Of a DNA stretch of 20,000 nt, positions 1-8,649 are shown piece by piece (within the stretch, counting starts at the first letter, position 1; every line of letters begins with the position of its first letter). Below the pieces are notes generated by a model. The model was not told the DNA's origin. It saw only the letters and a list, made by a program, of their open reading frames with translations, and ran no database searches. Origin of the DNA: an uncultured virus (IMG/VR IMGVR_UViG_3300033074_002116) (taxonomy: Duplodnaviria > Heunggongvirae > Uroviricota > Caudoviricetes); the IMG/VR virus record IMGVR_UViG_3300033074_002116, one strand, 5' to 3'. Made by a program: the position numbers and the translations under genes.

Positions 1-2
1 AA

Positions 3-713
3 CGTAATTTAAAATTATTTGAAGGAGAGAACCGGTTAATTAAGTTCACCACTCCCGGTGGGGCACAAGATTTGATGTGTGTCACTGAAAAAGGTGCCAT
101 AGGGCTCCTTTATAAAGTTGATGCTGCCAGATCCAAAGTTCCCGAAATTGAAAAAAGAATTATTGATTTCCAAAAATGGGCAACCGAAACTATACAGAAA
201 GAAATGCAGATCCAATCAAAGCCCCCGGTTCAGGAAACGGTTCGTCCGGCTAGTGGAACTGTGAGCGAAGTTATGGGCCGGTATATGGAGGGGGCCCGGG
301 CAGCTTCCCGCGAGATGGGCGTTCCCCTGGATCTTGCCATGGCTAAGGCTTTGTTTCTTGCCGGCCGCGATCTGCATATGGACCTTACCGGATTTGCCCG
401 GCTCCTGCCCGCTTCACCGACCGGTAATGATCGGCTTGCAATTGCCCCTCCTATCAGTACCTTCCGGCACGATGGATACCTGAGTGCTGAGGAGATCGCA
501 ATGCGGCTTGGCGGTGAGCTCCGCGGGAAGAATGTAAACAAGTACCTGAAGAACCATGGCTTCGTCTATAAGAACGAAGAGAAGCGATGGTGCATGACGG
601 ATCTTGGGGCACAGTATGGGCGGGTGTTCCCTTATGCTGCCGGGTCCGGCCATGTGGGTTATTATATTTGCTGGAGGCCGGAAGTTATGAGGGCAAGCGG
701 GATGTTAAGGTAA
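3..713 (+). CDS. Antirepressor-like protein, BRO-N domain plus C-terminal KilAC-like domain (5'-truncated by window)
   Basis: Frame is open from position 3 (RNLKLFEG...TPGGAQDLMCVTEKGAIGLLY...DFQKW, a BRO-N pattern). The C-terminus YLSAEEIAMRLG...NVNKYLKNHGFVYK...WCMTDLGAQYG matches the phage antirepressor KilAC pattern. Confidence 0.8.
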   Translation, partial: RNLKLFEGENRLIKFTTPGGAQDLMCVTEKGAIGLLYKVDAARSKVPEIEKRIIDFQKWATETIQKEMQIQSKPPVQETVRPASGTVSEVMGRYMEGARAASREMGVPLDLAMAKALFLAGRDLHMDLTGFARLLPASPTGNDRLAIAPPISTFRHDGYLSAEEIAMRLGGELRGKNVNKYLKNHGFVYKNEEKRWCMTDLGAQYGRVFPYAAGSGHVGYYICWRPEVMRASGMLR

Positions 714-724
714 TTTCTCTTTTT
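714..724 (+). terminator. Archaeal-type oligo-T terminator candidate
   Basis: TTTCTCTTTTT immediately after the TAA of the antirepressor gene, facing the converging operon. Confidence 0.4.
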
Positions 725-825
725 GTCAACGCCGGTGTTTGATGTAACATCAAGAATGTTTTGAAGCGGCTTGGACAAAAAGTCCCCAGACTGGGACATA
801 CTTCAAGGCAGCCGGGGACAAATAA

Positions 826-1053
826 TCATTCTCTCGCCCCCTTCCACTTCCTCCACAACCTCTTCTCAAATGGCTCGCACTTCATCTGCATGACTGCGCA
901 CCCGTACAGATCCGCGCAATCCCGGCACCGCGGGTTCTCCTGCAAGAACTTCGTATAGCTGGCGTTGGCTTGCAACTCCGGCCATATGGGCCAGTCCTGG
1001 CTTTCGCGTTCCAGAACAATGCGTTTCTTGTAGAGCGGGAGATTCTTTTTCAT
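826..1053 (-). CDS. Small Cys-containing hypothetical protein
   Basis: 75 aa, ATGA-coupled to the upstream gene, CRDC..C..C motif. Confidence 0.6.
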   Translation of the reverse strand: MKKNLPLYKKRIVLERESQDWPIWPELQANASYTKFLQENPRCRDCADLYGCAVMQMKCEPFEKRLWRKWKGARE

Positions 1054-2078
1054 CGACTATTTTCCCGTCTTTCAAGTGCCTCAATCTTTGCCATGAGATT
1101 ATTCTGTGTTTCAAGCATCTGCCCAATCAGCCCCATCAGCTTAACAACAGTCTGCTGCGCAGTGGTCCCGCCATTTACCATAGCTTCGACTTTCTGGATG
1201 TTTGCCTGAAGAGGATCTAGGGCTTCGCGGATAATCGCAGGCATCCGGTCGGCAATCCCTACAAAAGAATCCAGCGGCCGGATGCTTTCAATACTGTTTA
1301 TGGCTCCGCGGGTGTTTTCCACCTCTGCAAGATCGGGCCGCACTTTCTCCCCGGACTTATCAATAGACCATCCTTCCGCAGTAACCCCTTTCTTTGCAGC
1401 TTCCCCTTCTGCCTGCACAAAGAAACTGATATGTTCCTTATAGATCGGCCTGCCCGTTGACTCCAGCCGGATCCTGCACCCGAACCTTCCCTGCACTTCT
1501 ACGAACTGGTCCTTTACCGCGATGCAATACTGGTATGCCCGGAAGATAGCGTCATCGACTGTGAATCCCCCGACCCTCTGGATCTTGTTGAGCTTGTCCA
1601 TCTGGATCATGAGGGTCTTTCCCCAGACCGTAACAGTGAAATCGGGATCACCATTTTTGCCGAAGAAGGTATAAGTGAGCCGTAAACCCCCTCGCGGTTT
1701 ATACGATCCCTGGAGCGATGAGATCCGCGGGTCGTGGGAGTACTCGCCTGACCGCTGGAGGATCTTAAAGACCATGCCGATCCGGTGGACGCGGAAGGGA
1801 GAGAGCTTCGGGGCGTTTTCTTCGGAGAGTTGCTTTTCAGCTTCTTCGCTGAGATCATAGAGGATGTTGTATTTCAGTCCCTTCTTTTTGCTGATCAGTC
1901 CTTTCTCTTCGAGCCTTGTGATTATGGCAGCAACCGATGACCGCGGGAACCCGGTGGCGTGGGTAATGCGGGATGCTGGCAGGGAATCGCGGATGAGGAG
2001 AAGGATCCGGCGCTCGCGCTCGGTAAGATCGCGGGCAGCCTGCCGTTGCCAGTATTCCTGAAGGTTGTGCTGCGGCAT
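1050..2078 (-). CDS. Winged helix-turn-helix (MarR-like N-terminus) protein with C-terminal coiled coil; possible replication or regulatory protein
   Basis: 342 aa. LTERERRILLLIRD...ASRITHATGFPRSSVAAIITRLEEKGLISKKK...YDLSEEA is a typical wHTH; the C-terminus is heptad-rich. Confidence 0.75.
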   Translation of the reverse strand: MPQHNLQEYWQRQAARDLTERERRILLLIRDSLPASRITHATGFPRSSVAAIITRLEEKGLISKKKGLKYNILYDLSEEAEKQLSEENAPKLSPFRVHRIGMVFKILQRSGEYSHDPRISSLQGSYKPRGGLRLTYTFFGKNGDPDFTVTVWGKTLMIQMDKLNKIQRVGGFTVDDAIFRAYQYCIAVKDQFVEVQGRFGCRIRLESTGRPIYKEHISFFVQAEGEAAKKGVTAEGWSIDKSGEKVRPDLAEVENTRGAINSIESIRPLDSFVGIADRMPAIIREALDPLQANIQKVEAMVNGGTTAQQTVVKLMGLIGQMLETQNNLMAKIEALERRENSR

Positions 2079-2118
2079 GGTTGAGGGAGCGGGAAGAGAG
2101 GGGTTTAGGGAAACGAGG

Positions 2119-2133
2119 AATTAAAAGTTGTGA
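2119..2133 (-). promoter_or_regulatory. Possible BRE/TATA promoter for the wHTH gene
   Basis: Minus strand CACAACTTTTAATT about 45 nt upstream of ATG 2078, in one of the few intergenic gaps. Confidence 0.3.
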
Positions 2134-2147
2134 TTTGATTTTTGAGG

Positions 2148-2411
2148 TTATGTATCAGTTTTGTCTTTCTTCTCTTCCGGAAACAACCGCCTCAATACAT
2201 GCACATAGCACAATGGCGGAATGTCTTTCACTATCCTTTCCTTTGCCCGGAACGCACACTCCTTTTCTTCCCGGCAGCAGAATTGTGAATGGTGCGTTTC
2301 CCCACAGGCAATCTCCGCGGCAAAGAGGGCGGATTCCATCTGGGCGTGATAGCGTTCCATGCGTTTGCTGAAGGGCATGAGGTGGCGGGCGGATTGGGAT
2401 TTGTCGGTCAT
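2148..2411 (-). CDS. Hypothetical Cys/His-rich protein
   Basis: 87 aa from ATG 2411, ATGA overlap with the stop at 2408-2410. Confidence 0.6.
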   Translation of the reverse strand: MTDKSQSARHLMPFSKRMERYHAQMESALFAAEIACGETHHSQFCCREEKECAFRAKERIVKDIPPLCYVHVLRRLFPEEKKDKTDT

Positions 2412-2860
2412 GGATCCCACCGTAAAATCTGCGCAGGCGCGCCTTCTGCCGGGATCTTCCCATTCTTCCCGATCAGCACATTACGTAAGGCTTCTCCGGT
2501 TGGAGGATTGATGCAATCCAGTTCTGCAAGCCAATTTAGACTTTCCCATGGTGACGAACAAGGATTTTGGAAAACTCCCGGTTGCCACTCGTCATAAAAC
2601 GTGATCCCGTATACCCTAATGATGCAATAGATTGCAGTCGCAATCTCCATATACCCAGTAATATATTCCGGATGTGACCAATATGGCCGACCGGTCCAGC
2701 GGTAAAACCGGACCCGGTCGCCTACCTGTTTACGGATGATCTCACCGGGGTGCTTCTTGGACTTTGAGATCGTGCAGAATCTGATCGTCTGGGTACATTC
2801 TCCCTTTCGGACCGGCTCAATCTTCGGCGGATATGTGAGTGGCAAATTCCAAGATCTCAT
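2408..2860 (-). CDS. ASCH/PUA-like domain protein
   Basis: 150 aa. LPLTYPPKIEPVRKGECTQTIR...VGDRVRFYRWTGRPY resembles the ASCH GxKxxTxR...GD motif. Confidence 0.65.
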   Translation of the reverse strand: MRSWNLPLTYPPKIEPVRKGECTQTIRFCTISKSKKHPGEIIRKQVGDRVRFYRWTGRPYWSHPEYITGYMEIATAIYCIIRVYGITFYDEWQPGVFQNPCSSPWESLNWLAELDCINPPTGEALRNVLIGKNGKIPAEGAPAQILRWDP

Positions 2861-3099
2861 GCTTTCTTCCCCTTGCCCCAGGTTATTTTTGATTGTTTCA
2901 AAACATACCTGTTCATCTGAGCGAAGGTCACAAGACCTTTACCCTTGCAGGTAGGGCAATCGAGGATGTATTTGCAAGGGCGGTCGCAACAGTCTTTCCC
3001 TTCCATACAATGATCTCCATCATATTCCGGATGAGAGCAAAGCGTTTCAAGGCCGCCGCATTGGGGGCAGATCTCGTCTTTCGGAACTGGGTTAGTCAT
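2857..3099 (-). CDS. Zinc-finger protein with DnaJ-type CxxCxGxG motifs
   Basis: CPQCGG...CPTCKGKG, 80 aa, ATGA-coupled. Confidence 0.65.
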   Translation of the reverse strand: MTNPVPKDEICPQCGGLETLCSHPEYDGDHCMEGKDCCDRPCKYILDCPTCKGKGLVTFAQMNRYVLKQSKITWGKGKKA

Positions 3100-3350
3100 C
3101 CGTGATACCCCACAATAAGAACATCTCCCTCTTTGTTAAGCTGATACTCTTCAACGTTGCAACATCCGAAGTATGGCATCATCAGCCAGAGAATGTAATC
3201 GTTTTTATAGACCGCGGGCCTTATGGCAAACCAATCCACATCATCTGTGGTGATCTGTTCTTTTTCCAGGAAGTCTTTGATCCATTGCGGTAAGTGCCGG
3301 TAGTCCCAGACGCAGATTGTTGATTTTGGATCGATGATTGTTTTGGTCAT
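3096..3350 (-). CDS. Hypothetical protein
   Basis: 84 aa, ATGA-coupled at both ends, GAGGTG upstream. Confidence 0.7.
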   Translation of the reverse strand: MTKTIIDPKSTICVWDYRHLPQWIKDFLEKEQITTDDVDWFAIRPAVYKNDYILWLMMPYFGCCNVEEYQLNKEGDVLIVGYHG

Positions 3351-3685
3351 AAGACTTGCACCTCAATCTCTTTCCCGTCTTTGAACATCTTCTTCGCTCT
3401 CAGGATTTTGAATACTCTTTTGGCTACTTCTTCTGCGGTTTGGTCCTGATTGCATGGCGTTGCGTTGTAAGCGTATTTTCCGGATGCGCCCGATCCAAGA
3501 TCTATTTTTGTCCAGATATAGTCCGGCAGAAGAACACCGCTAAGGCGCTTGAAGTCTGGTTCATTTTCCAAGCATACTGCCCAATAGCCGGTCTTTTCTC
3601 CGGATTTACATTGCTCGACAAACTCTTCGATATCAAAGGATTCCGGGAGTTCGAATTCGTAGGCACTGAGATCGTCACCCATCAT
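3347..3685 (-). CDS. Hypothetical acidic protein
   Basis: 112 aa, ATGA-coupled at both ends. Confidence 0.7.
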   Translation of the reverse strand: MMGDDLSAYEFELPESFDIEEFVEQCKSGEKTGYWAVCLENEPDFKRLSGVLLPDYIWTKIDLGSGASGKYAYNATPCNQDQTAEEVAKRVFKILRAKKMFKDGKEIEVQVL

Positions 3686-3900
3686 TTCGTTTTCCTTCTT
3701 GGCAGATCCGTCTTTTTCAATTCCTCAGTACAATACTTAATGATCTCGTCGCAGAGCCAGCCGGTATCGTCTATTCTCAATTGCGCCTGATCGAACTTGT
3801 CCGCAGCATTCCAGGATTCGAGCCCGCCCCACAATGCAGAAAGGTGTTCCTTTGCATCACGGGCAAGGATCTTTAGTTCGACAAGTTCCGATGCCCGCAA
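3682..3900 (-). CDS. Hypothetical helical protein (frame open to ACG at 3969)
   Basis: 72 aa from TTG. The reading frame extends to an ACG at 3969-3967 (see findings). Confidence 0.55.
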   Translation of the reverse strand: MRASELVELKILARDAKEHLSALWGGLESWNAADKFDQAQLRIDDTGWLCDEIIKYCTEELKKTDLPRRKTK

Positions 3901-4523
3901 TGAGCGGTTCGGAATTGCTGCCGGGTTTTCCGCGTTCTCGGTGAGGTCTTGTTGGGTTTCGGGAATCGTACCTCATTCCCCCATGCAGACCAACCCTCGT
4001 GGGGATTCCGGGCAAAGAATTCGACACGCTTATTGAGATTATTACGGGCAAGTACCGGTTCTATTTTCTCCCAGTACTCTTTGGGCTTTTCGGAATGTAT
4101 CCCGGGCTTAGCAATAATAAGGTTGTCTGCGCTTTCCCGGAATGCCGGGACTTTCCCGCGGGTGCAGAAAAGGCATTCTTCCACAGAGCCGCGCCACCAG
4201 TTGCCAAGGCCGGGTTTACCTCCCTTATCTTTGATCCAGTAGAGGGAAGTTTTATATTTAAATCCCCATTTTTCGATCAGGTGGCTTTCAATGATATCTG
4301 TTTTTAGCGGGGTTGTGATCCAAAGGAAAAGAACGGCGTTCTTTGCCGCGATGTCTTTGACCGGGAGAGCGCTTAGTTCGTCCAGCGACATTGTAGGATA
4401 TTTTTGGCAGGCACCGGATTTCATTGAGCCGCCGGTGCGTTTGCTGCGATATTCCCAAGGGGGATCTACTGAGAGGGCTTGATAGTTTCCATGCAGGAGA
4501 TCGGTGAAGGAGCGAGTGATCAT
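3873..4523 (-). CDS. MT-A70 family adenine-N6 methyltransferase
   Basis: DPPW catalytic motif, YPTMSLDELSALPV, LFLWIT, WGFKYKT..WIK, HSEKP, EFFAR...GWSAWGNE. Start placed at ATG 4523 (ATGA overlap). Confidence 0.9.
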   Translation of the reverse strand: MITRSFTDLLHGNYQALSVDPPWEYRSKRTGGSMKSGACQKYPTMSLDELSALPVKDIAAKNAVLFLWITTPLKTDIIESHLIEKWGFKYKTSLYWIKDKGGKPGLGNWWRGSVEECLFCTRGKVPAFRESADNLIIAKPGIHSEKPKEYWEKIEPVLARNNLNKRVEFFARNPHEGWSAWGNEVRFPKPNKTSPRTRKTRQQFRTAHCGHRNLSN

Positions 4524-5224
4524 ATTACAATATCCACCTTCCACACTCTTTTCGGTTTCAAAGCTTTCTTTACGGTGTTGCATTCTTTCCGTTCACGGTG
4601 ATCCTTTTTACAAGTGCGGCTGAATGTGCAAGTCTTTTCGCAGACAAAGATTTCTATTGCGATCTCCTGGTATCTGCGCCAAAGGGTGTCCCTTTTTATT
4701 TTTGAGAGTTTAATTAAAGACCCATCCAAATCATATTTTATGGCGGCTTCGAATTTGGAACGCCTTAAATTAAATCCTACCGTTTCAATGAGATGATGAT
4801 ATATTGGAATGTTGTTGTAGATCTCTATCTTGGTCGCAGTTCCGGATATGGCCCGCTTCCCAAGAGGAGAGGTGCAGTATTTGTCCTCCCCAATCTTCGT
4901 TATTAATCCAGATTCCAATGTATCTTCAAAGATGCGGTTCCCTTTTAACTCATCGAGATTTAGGATCCTTGCTGCCCGATTTTGGGTAATGGGTTCGTGG
5001 ATGTCTTGAATGGTAAACATATATCCGCAATCGCGGCAAACCCTCCTAGGTCTTTTAATTCCCTTGTATTCCCAATACCCTTTCTTCCAGAGATCGGCGC
5101 TCCCGCATCTTGGGCAGTTCGTGCCGGTGACACCAGAACAAAGAACTTCAATATCGTGAACGCATTCTTTAAGCGGGGTCGCCGGAATTCCGTATTTGGT
5201 TAGTTCGCTCCTAGCCTCTGACAT
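4520..5224 (-). CDS. Protein with InsA/IS1-like zinc ribbon and extra C-terminal Cys cluster
   Basis: CPRCGSADLWKKG...RRVCRDCGYMF. No DDE or other transposase catalytic domain recognised. Confidence 0.65.
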   Translation of the reverse strand: MSEARSELTKYGIPATPLKECVHDIEVLCSGVTGTNCPRCGSADLWKKGYWEYKGIKRPRRVCRDCGYMFTIQDIHEPITQNRAARILNLDELKGNRIFEDTLESGLITKIGEDKYCTSPLGKRAISGTATKIEIYNNIPIYHHLIETVGFNLRRSKFEAAIKYDLDGSLIKLSKIKRDTLWRRYQEIAIEIFVCEKTCTFSRTCKKDHRERKECNTVKKALKPKRVWKVDIVI

Positions 5225-5491
5225 TCAAACCTCCGAATAAATATTATCGAACAGGAACGATGACTGGGAATTACGGGAATGGACTGGTATTAATCTTCCC
5301 AACGAATGCCCGAGTATTGAGGCTTTCCCTTTGCGGCCCTTTACTTCTCGCAGGTATTCCGGATATCTCTGGTCAAATTCGTCCAGTATATCCGATGTCC
5401 GGATATATCTTCGCTGCGTTTTGAGAAAGGTGATCAGATCGGATCTCATGGTAGCGGCCAGTATTGAGAATGGGGGTTTTTGGTTGGTCAT
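5225..5491 (-). CDS. Small basic protein, possibly wHTH-like
   Basis: 88 aa from ATG 5491, ATGA overlap with the PCNA stop. Confidence 0.6.
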   Translation of the reverse strand: MTNQKPPFSILAATMRSDLITFLKTQRRYIRTSDILDEFDQRYPEYLREVKGRKGKASILGHSLGRLIPVHSRNSQSSFLFDNIYSEV

Positions 5492-6285
5492 TCCAACCAT
5501 CCGGTTATTGGGTTACTATCATCTTCAATTCGCGGCGCCAACAGGAATTTTACGGAAAGCTCCGGTAAGGGTTTGCCAGAGATGGATGCTGGATGATCGT
5601 CCCGCAATTCAACCAATACCTCACCTGTGCCTTCCCAGAATTTTGCTATATCCCTTAAATAATCCAGACTATAATTTGCCTGAGCCGGTTCTGTCGCACT
5701 ATACGCTACCTGCGCCCTTACCTGATCTGGTGCAAGATCTTTTGCAGCAATATAACAGGCCCCGTCTTTTTCAATATCGATCCAACAACTATCGCTGAAA
5801 AGTCCTGCTGTTTGTATTGCCCATGTAAAGAGGGGGCCGCTGCAAACAAACTTTGAAGGCAAAGTAATGGTTGGCCGGTTTGGATCTTTTCGGACTTCGT
5901 TATCCGGGACTGTGCCGAGACGGAAATGAATATCGCCGTTTTCAGTTTCAATATCTAAGAGCGGGGCTTTCTCTCCTTGGAGCCAGGATATGAATAGGCA
6001 GGGATTGTCTTCCAGATATCTTTTTTCAATTGCTTCCAGACAGGATTTGATTATGCCCGGAGCAATACCGAGAATTGTCCTATTGCCGTTTGGAAGTTTT
6101 GATTCGATGATTCTTAATTCGGCATCCACCATTGCAATATTTGCGGCATCAACTACCAATACTGAGAGAGTCTCTGCATTAATATGAAGACGGGCTTCTG
6201 ACGAGATTGTGCTAATCGCCGATATGAACTTCTTAAATGGTTTAAGTTCGGAGGTGAAACTTCCCATTGCTTTTGGTTGGGTCAT
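5488..6285 (-). CDS. pcn: DNA polymerase sliding clamp (PCNA homolog)
   Basis: FKKFISAISTISSEARLHINAETLSVLVVDAANIAMVDAEL N-terminus, YSLDYLRDI, and C-terminal FLLAPRIE are archaeal PCNA signatures; 265 aa. Confidence 0.92.
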   Translation of the reverse strand: MTQPKAMGSFTSELKPFKKFISAISTISSEARLHINAETLSVLVVDAANIAMVDAELRIIESKLPNGNRTILGIAPGIIKSCLEAIEKRYLEDNPCLFISWLQGEKAPLLDIETENGDIHFRLGTVPDNEVRKDPNRPTITLPSKFVCSGPLFTWAIQTAGLFSDSCWIDIEKDGACYIAAKDLAPDQVRAQVAYSATEPAQANYSLDYLRDIAKFWEGTGEVLVELRDDHPASISGKPLPELSVKFLLAPRIEDDSNPITGWLE

Positions 6286-6485
6286 TCAATATCACCTATT
6301 TGAGTTATGTCATCGTGGTGGTATCCGTGAACGATAACGCCGTCGGGAAATTCTACATTTACAGATTTCTGATTAATCTTTAGAACTTTTACTCTGACGA
6401 ATTTGTTTTCTTTTAATTGGCGGATAATTACAAACGCCAAAACCGGAAGCGGCAATTTCTTTTCTTTATATTCCAATGGAGTCAT
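6282..6485 (-). CDS. Hypothetical small beta-rich protein
   Basis: 67 aa, GGAGG RBS, ATGA overlap with the PCNA start. Confidence 0.6.
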   Translation of the reverse strand: MTPLEYKEKKLPLPVLAFVIIRQLKENKFVRVKVLKINQKSVNVEFPDGVIVHGYHHDDITQIGDIE

Positions 6486-6488
6486 TGC

Positions 6489-6734
6489 TTAATTCCTCCC
6501 TTCAATCAATCTGCAATACGCCGCTTCGCATTCTGCACAAGAGGCTGTGCCCCTCTTGCAGGACTTCCGTGCAATGGGGATCGGTGCTTTGAGCTGGCGG
6601 CAATACCGGGCTGCACAATCATCCAGCAGGCAGGAGACTTCGGCAAATTCCGTTCCGGGTCCGCAGGGAAAGTTATCTTCATCGGTATGTTGCTGAAAGA
6701 CAACCGACCGGCTCATAATCGGGCAGACTGGCAT
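6489..6734 (-). CDS. Cys-rich hypothetical protein
   Basis: 81 aa with about 9 Cys, tight packing. Confidence 0.6.
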   Translation of the reverse strand: MPVCPIMSRSVVFQQHTDEDNFPCGPGTEFAEVSCLLDDCAARYCRQLKAPIPIARKSCKRGTASCAECEAAYCRLIEGRN

Positions 6735-6736
6735 TA

Positions 6737-7282
6737 TTAACCAACTCCTTTGAAATTATTCAACTCATGAAGACGAGCGTAGAGTTTGGGTGCTTTGCGA
6801 TCTTCCCTTAATGACTCCTCTTCAAAGAGGTGTTCGAGTTCGTCCCAATTATCTGTAATAGGTTTCCAATCAGGGAATACCTCGCCGACTTCTTTTATCC
6901 GTCCACGGAATTCCGGAACTGTAAGAAGGAGCATATAGCACCGGTTAAAATCCGATGGGTCTTGGGGAGCGTAGTGTCTCTGTCTCAGGGGGATTCCGGT
7001 CATAACCTCAAAGATTGCCTCTGAAGAAATACCGCGTTCCCCGTTGCGTAACCATTCCTTCATGGATTCTGTCAGGGTGATTGTTGTTGTCCCTTCAATA
7101 GAGTTACTTGCAAATTCCTTTTCAATAGAGAGAAACGCGGCCCATGCGTACTTCCGCCCGTGCCGATCTGTGCCTTGAATCAAAAAGTTATCTTCCCCTG
7201 CAAGTGAGAGGTAGCCTTTCATTTCGCGGTACCAGCGGGAACGATCTGCCGGCTTGCTCATATCGTACGGTTGGGGTTCCAT
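6737..7282 (-). CDS. Conserved phage hypothetical protein
   Basis: 181 aa. WLRNGERGISSEAIF...PQDPSDFNRCYMLLLTVPE is a motif pattern recalled from phage proteins of unknown function. Confidence 0.7.
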   Translation of the reverse strand: MEPQPYDMSKPADRSRWYREMKGYLSLAGEDNFLIQGTDRHGRKYAWAAFLSIEKEFASNSIEGTTTITLTESMKEWLRNGERGISSEAIFEVMTGIPLRQRHYAPQDPSDFNRCYMLLLTVPEFRGRIKEVGEVFPDWKPITDNWDELEHLFEEESLREDRKAPKLYARLHELNNFKGVG

Positions 7283-8340
7283 TATGCACCTTCGTCTTTC
7301 TTTTGTTCTCTTCGCTCCAGGAACGATGCCGCAAGATCTGCCATATGAAACAGCGGGATGATCCTGTACTTTTCGGATGCGTTGGTTATCGCAAGGTTTC
7401 CGGCATACGATCCTCTTACGTCATCGTAAGCCATCATATGCCAGCGGATCGCCATGATCTCTTCATCGGTCAGCTTAATGAACCGCTGGACGATGATCAC
7501 GGACTTCTCGCCATGGCCAAGCGGGAACTGATCGTTAATGGTCCACACATAGGTGTCGTCCCAGATCTTCCGGTTGAATTCATCATAAGCAATATCGCCA
7601 TTCTCTTTCTTGCGCGGCAACTGTTTCTTTTCAAGGCGGTAGAAGTTTGCCTTGCAAACATCGTGCAGGAGTGCAATGAGGATAAGCGACTCCTGCGGGA
7701 GATCGGTTTTAAAGATCTTTATGAGTTCGATAAGGTTGTGATAGACTTCAAGCGAATGGTGCAATAAGCCTCCTTCAACCGCGTCGTGATATTTCGTTGA
7801 TGATGGCGCGATAAAGAAATCTGTTTTGTCAGTGAGGTATGCAACGAGATCGGGAATCCCGTCCCGCTTGACTGATGAAAGCAGCGCCTTGAACTGGTCG
7901 AATTCCATTCCCCAGTCATCGGACTTTTCCGCTTTGAGTTCTTTCGCGGTTATCTCCTTGATGTAATCCTGATGCTCTTTCTGGTGCTGATCGGCTTCGG
8001 CTTTAGCGGCAGCCAGATTCTTTTCCGCTTCTTCTTTTGCCGGCGGTTTGAATCCTGCTTTTACCAGCTTCTCTTCCAGGCGGGTTGGCGGCGGGGATCC
8101 CGATTTTGCGTTGCGCTTCGTTTCCTCTTCTTTGAGGAACTTGTCGCGGGCCTCCCCTTTGGCGGCATCAATGGTTTTGACCGATCCCTTTTCTATGGTT
8201 GCGGTTACGATGGTACTGACCGGGTATTTGTCTTGGGCGCTTTGTCGGATCTCTTGCGGAAGGAAATACAGGACTTCGCTGATGAAGATGTTTGATATGT
8301 CATATGCGGTGACGCGGCCGGTGAGGGGTTTGGAGGTCAT
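7282..8340 (-). CDS. HD-domain hydrolase (YhaM/Cbf1-like) with charged N-terminal extension
   Basis: APSSTKYH...GGLLHHSLEV, LLHDVCK, GHGEKSV, AIRWHM, FHMAD motifs. Confidence 0.88.
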   Translation of the reverse strand: MTSKPLTGRVTAYDISNIFISEVLYFLPQEIRQSAQDKYPVSTIVTATIEKGSVKTIDAAKGEARDKFLKEEETKRNAKSGSPPPTRLEEKLVKAGFKPPAKEEAEKNLAAAKAEADQHQKEHQDYIKEITAKELKAEKSDDWGMEFDQFKALLSSVKRDGIPDLVAYLTDKTDFFIAPSSTKYHDAVEGGLLHHSLEVYHNLIELIKIFKTDLPQESLILIALLHDVCKANFYRLEKKQLPRKKENGDIAYDEFNRKIWDDTYVWTINDQFPLGHGEKSVIIVQRFIKLTDEEIMAIRWHMMAYDDVRGSYAGNLAITNASEKYRIIPLFHMADLAASFLERREQKKDEGA

Positions 8341-8648
8341 GATCTAATCGCACTCCTTGCGTGCTCTTCTGCAAGACATTTCGGACGGTCTAGGACGAGA
8401 TCAAAGATCTTGTTCTCTGATTTCTTATGGGTGCAATCTCCGGGGAAATCGCAATCATATCCGTTGGAGAATTTGCAATATTTGCGTCTTCGACCGTAAA
8501 ACACATCGCTCTTTTCTAGTGATGCGATCTCTTCTTTGAGTTCGAAAACTCTCTTCCGGATATCACCGGCCTCTTTATTAATTGCGTCTTCTTCGTCGAT
8601 AACTTCTTGGAAAAATTTGTTTCCCGACAGATTTTGATGTTCTGACAT
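8337..8648 (-). CDS. Coiled-coil plus Cys-cluster hypothetical protein
   Basis: Start at ATG 8648 just after the upstream stop; about 103 aa. Confidence 0.6.
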   Translation of the reverse strand: MSEHQNLSGNKFFQEVIDEEDAINKEAGDIRKRVFELKEEIASLEKSDVFYGRRRKYCKFSNGYDCDFPGDCTHKKSENKIFDLVLDRPKCLAEEHARSAIRS

Positions 8649-8649
8649 T

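Noticed and set aside
4520..5224. IS1-family insertion sequence
   Set aside because: Only the zinc ribbon resembles InsA. No DDE domain, terminal inverted repeats or target duplication were found, and the gene is coupled to its neighbours.
7144..7767. 207-aa plus-strand ORF
   Set aside because: Antisense to the well-supported HD hydrolase, with no recognisable motifs.
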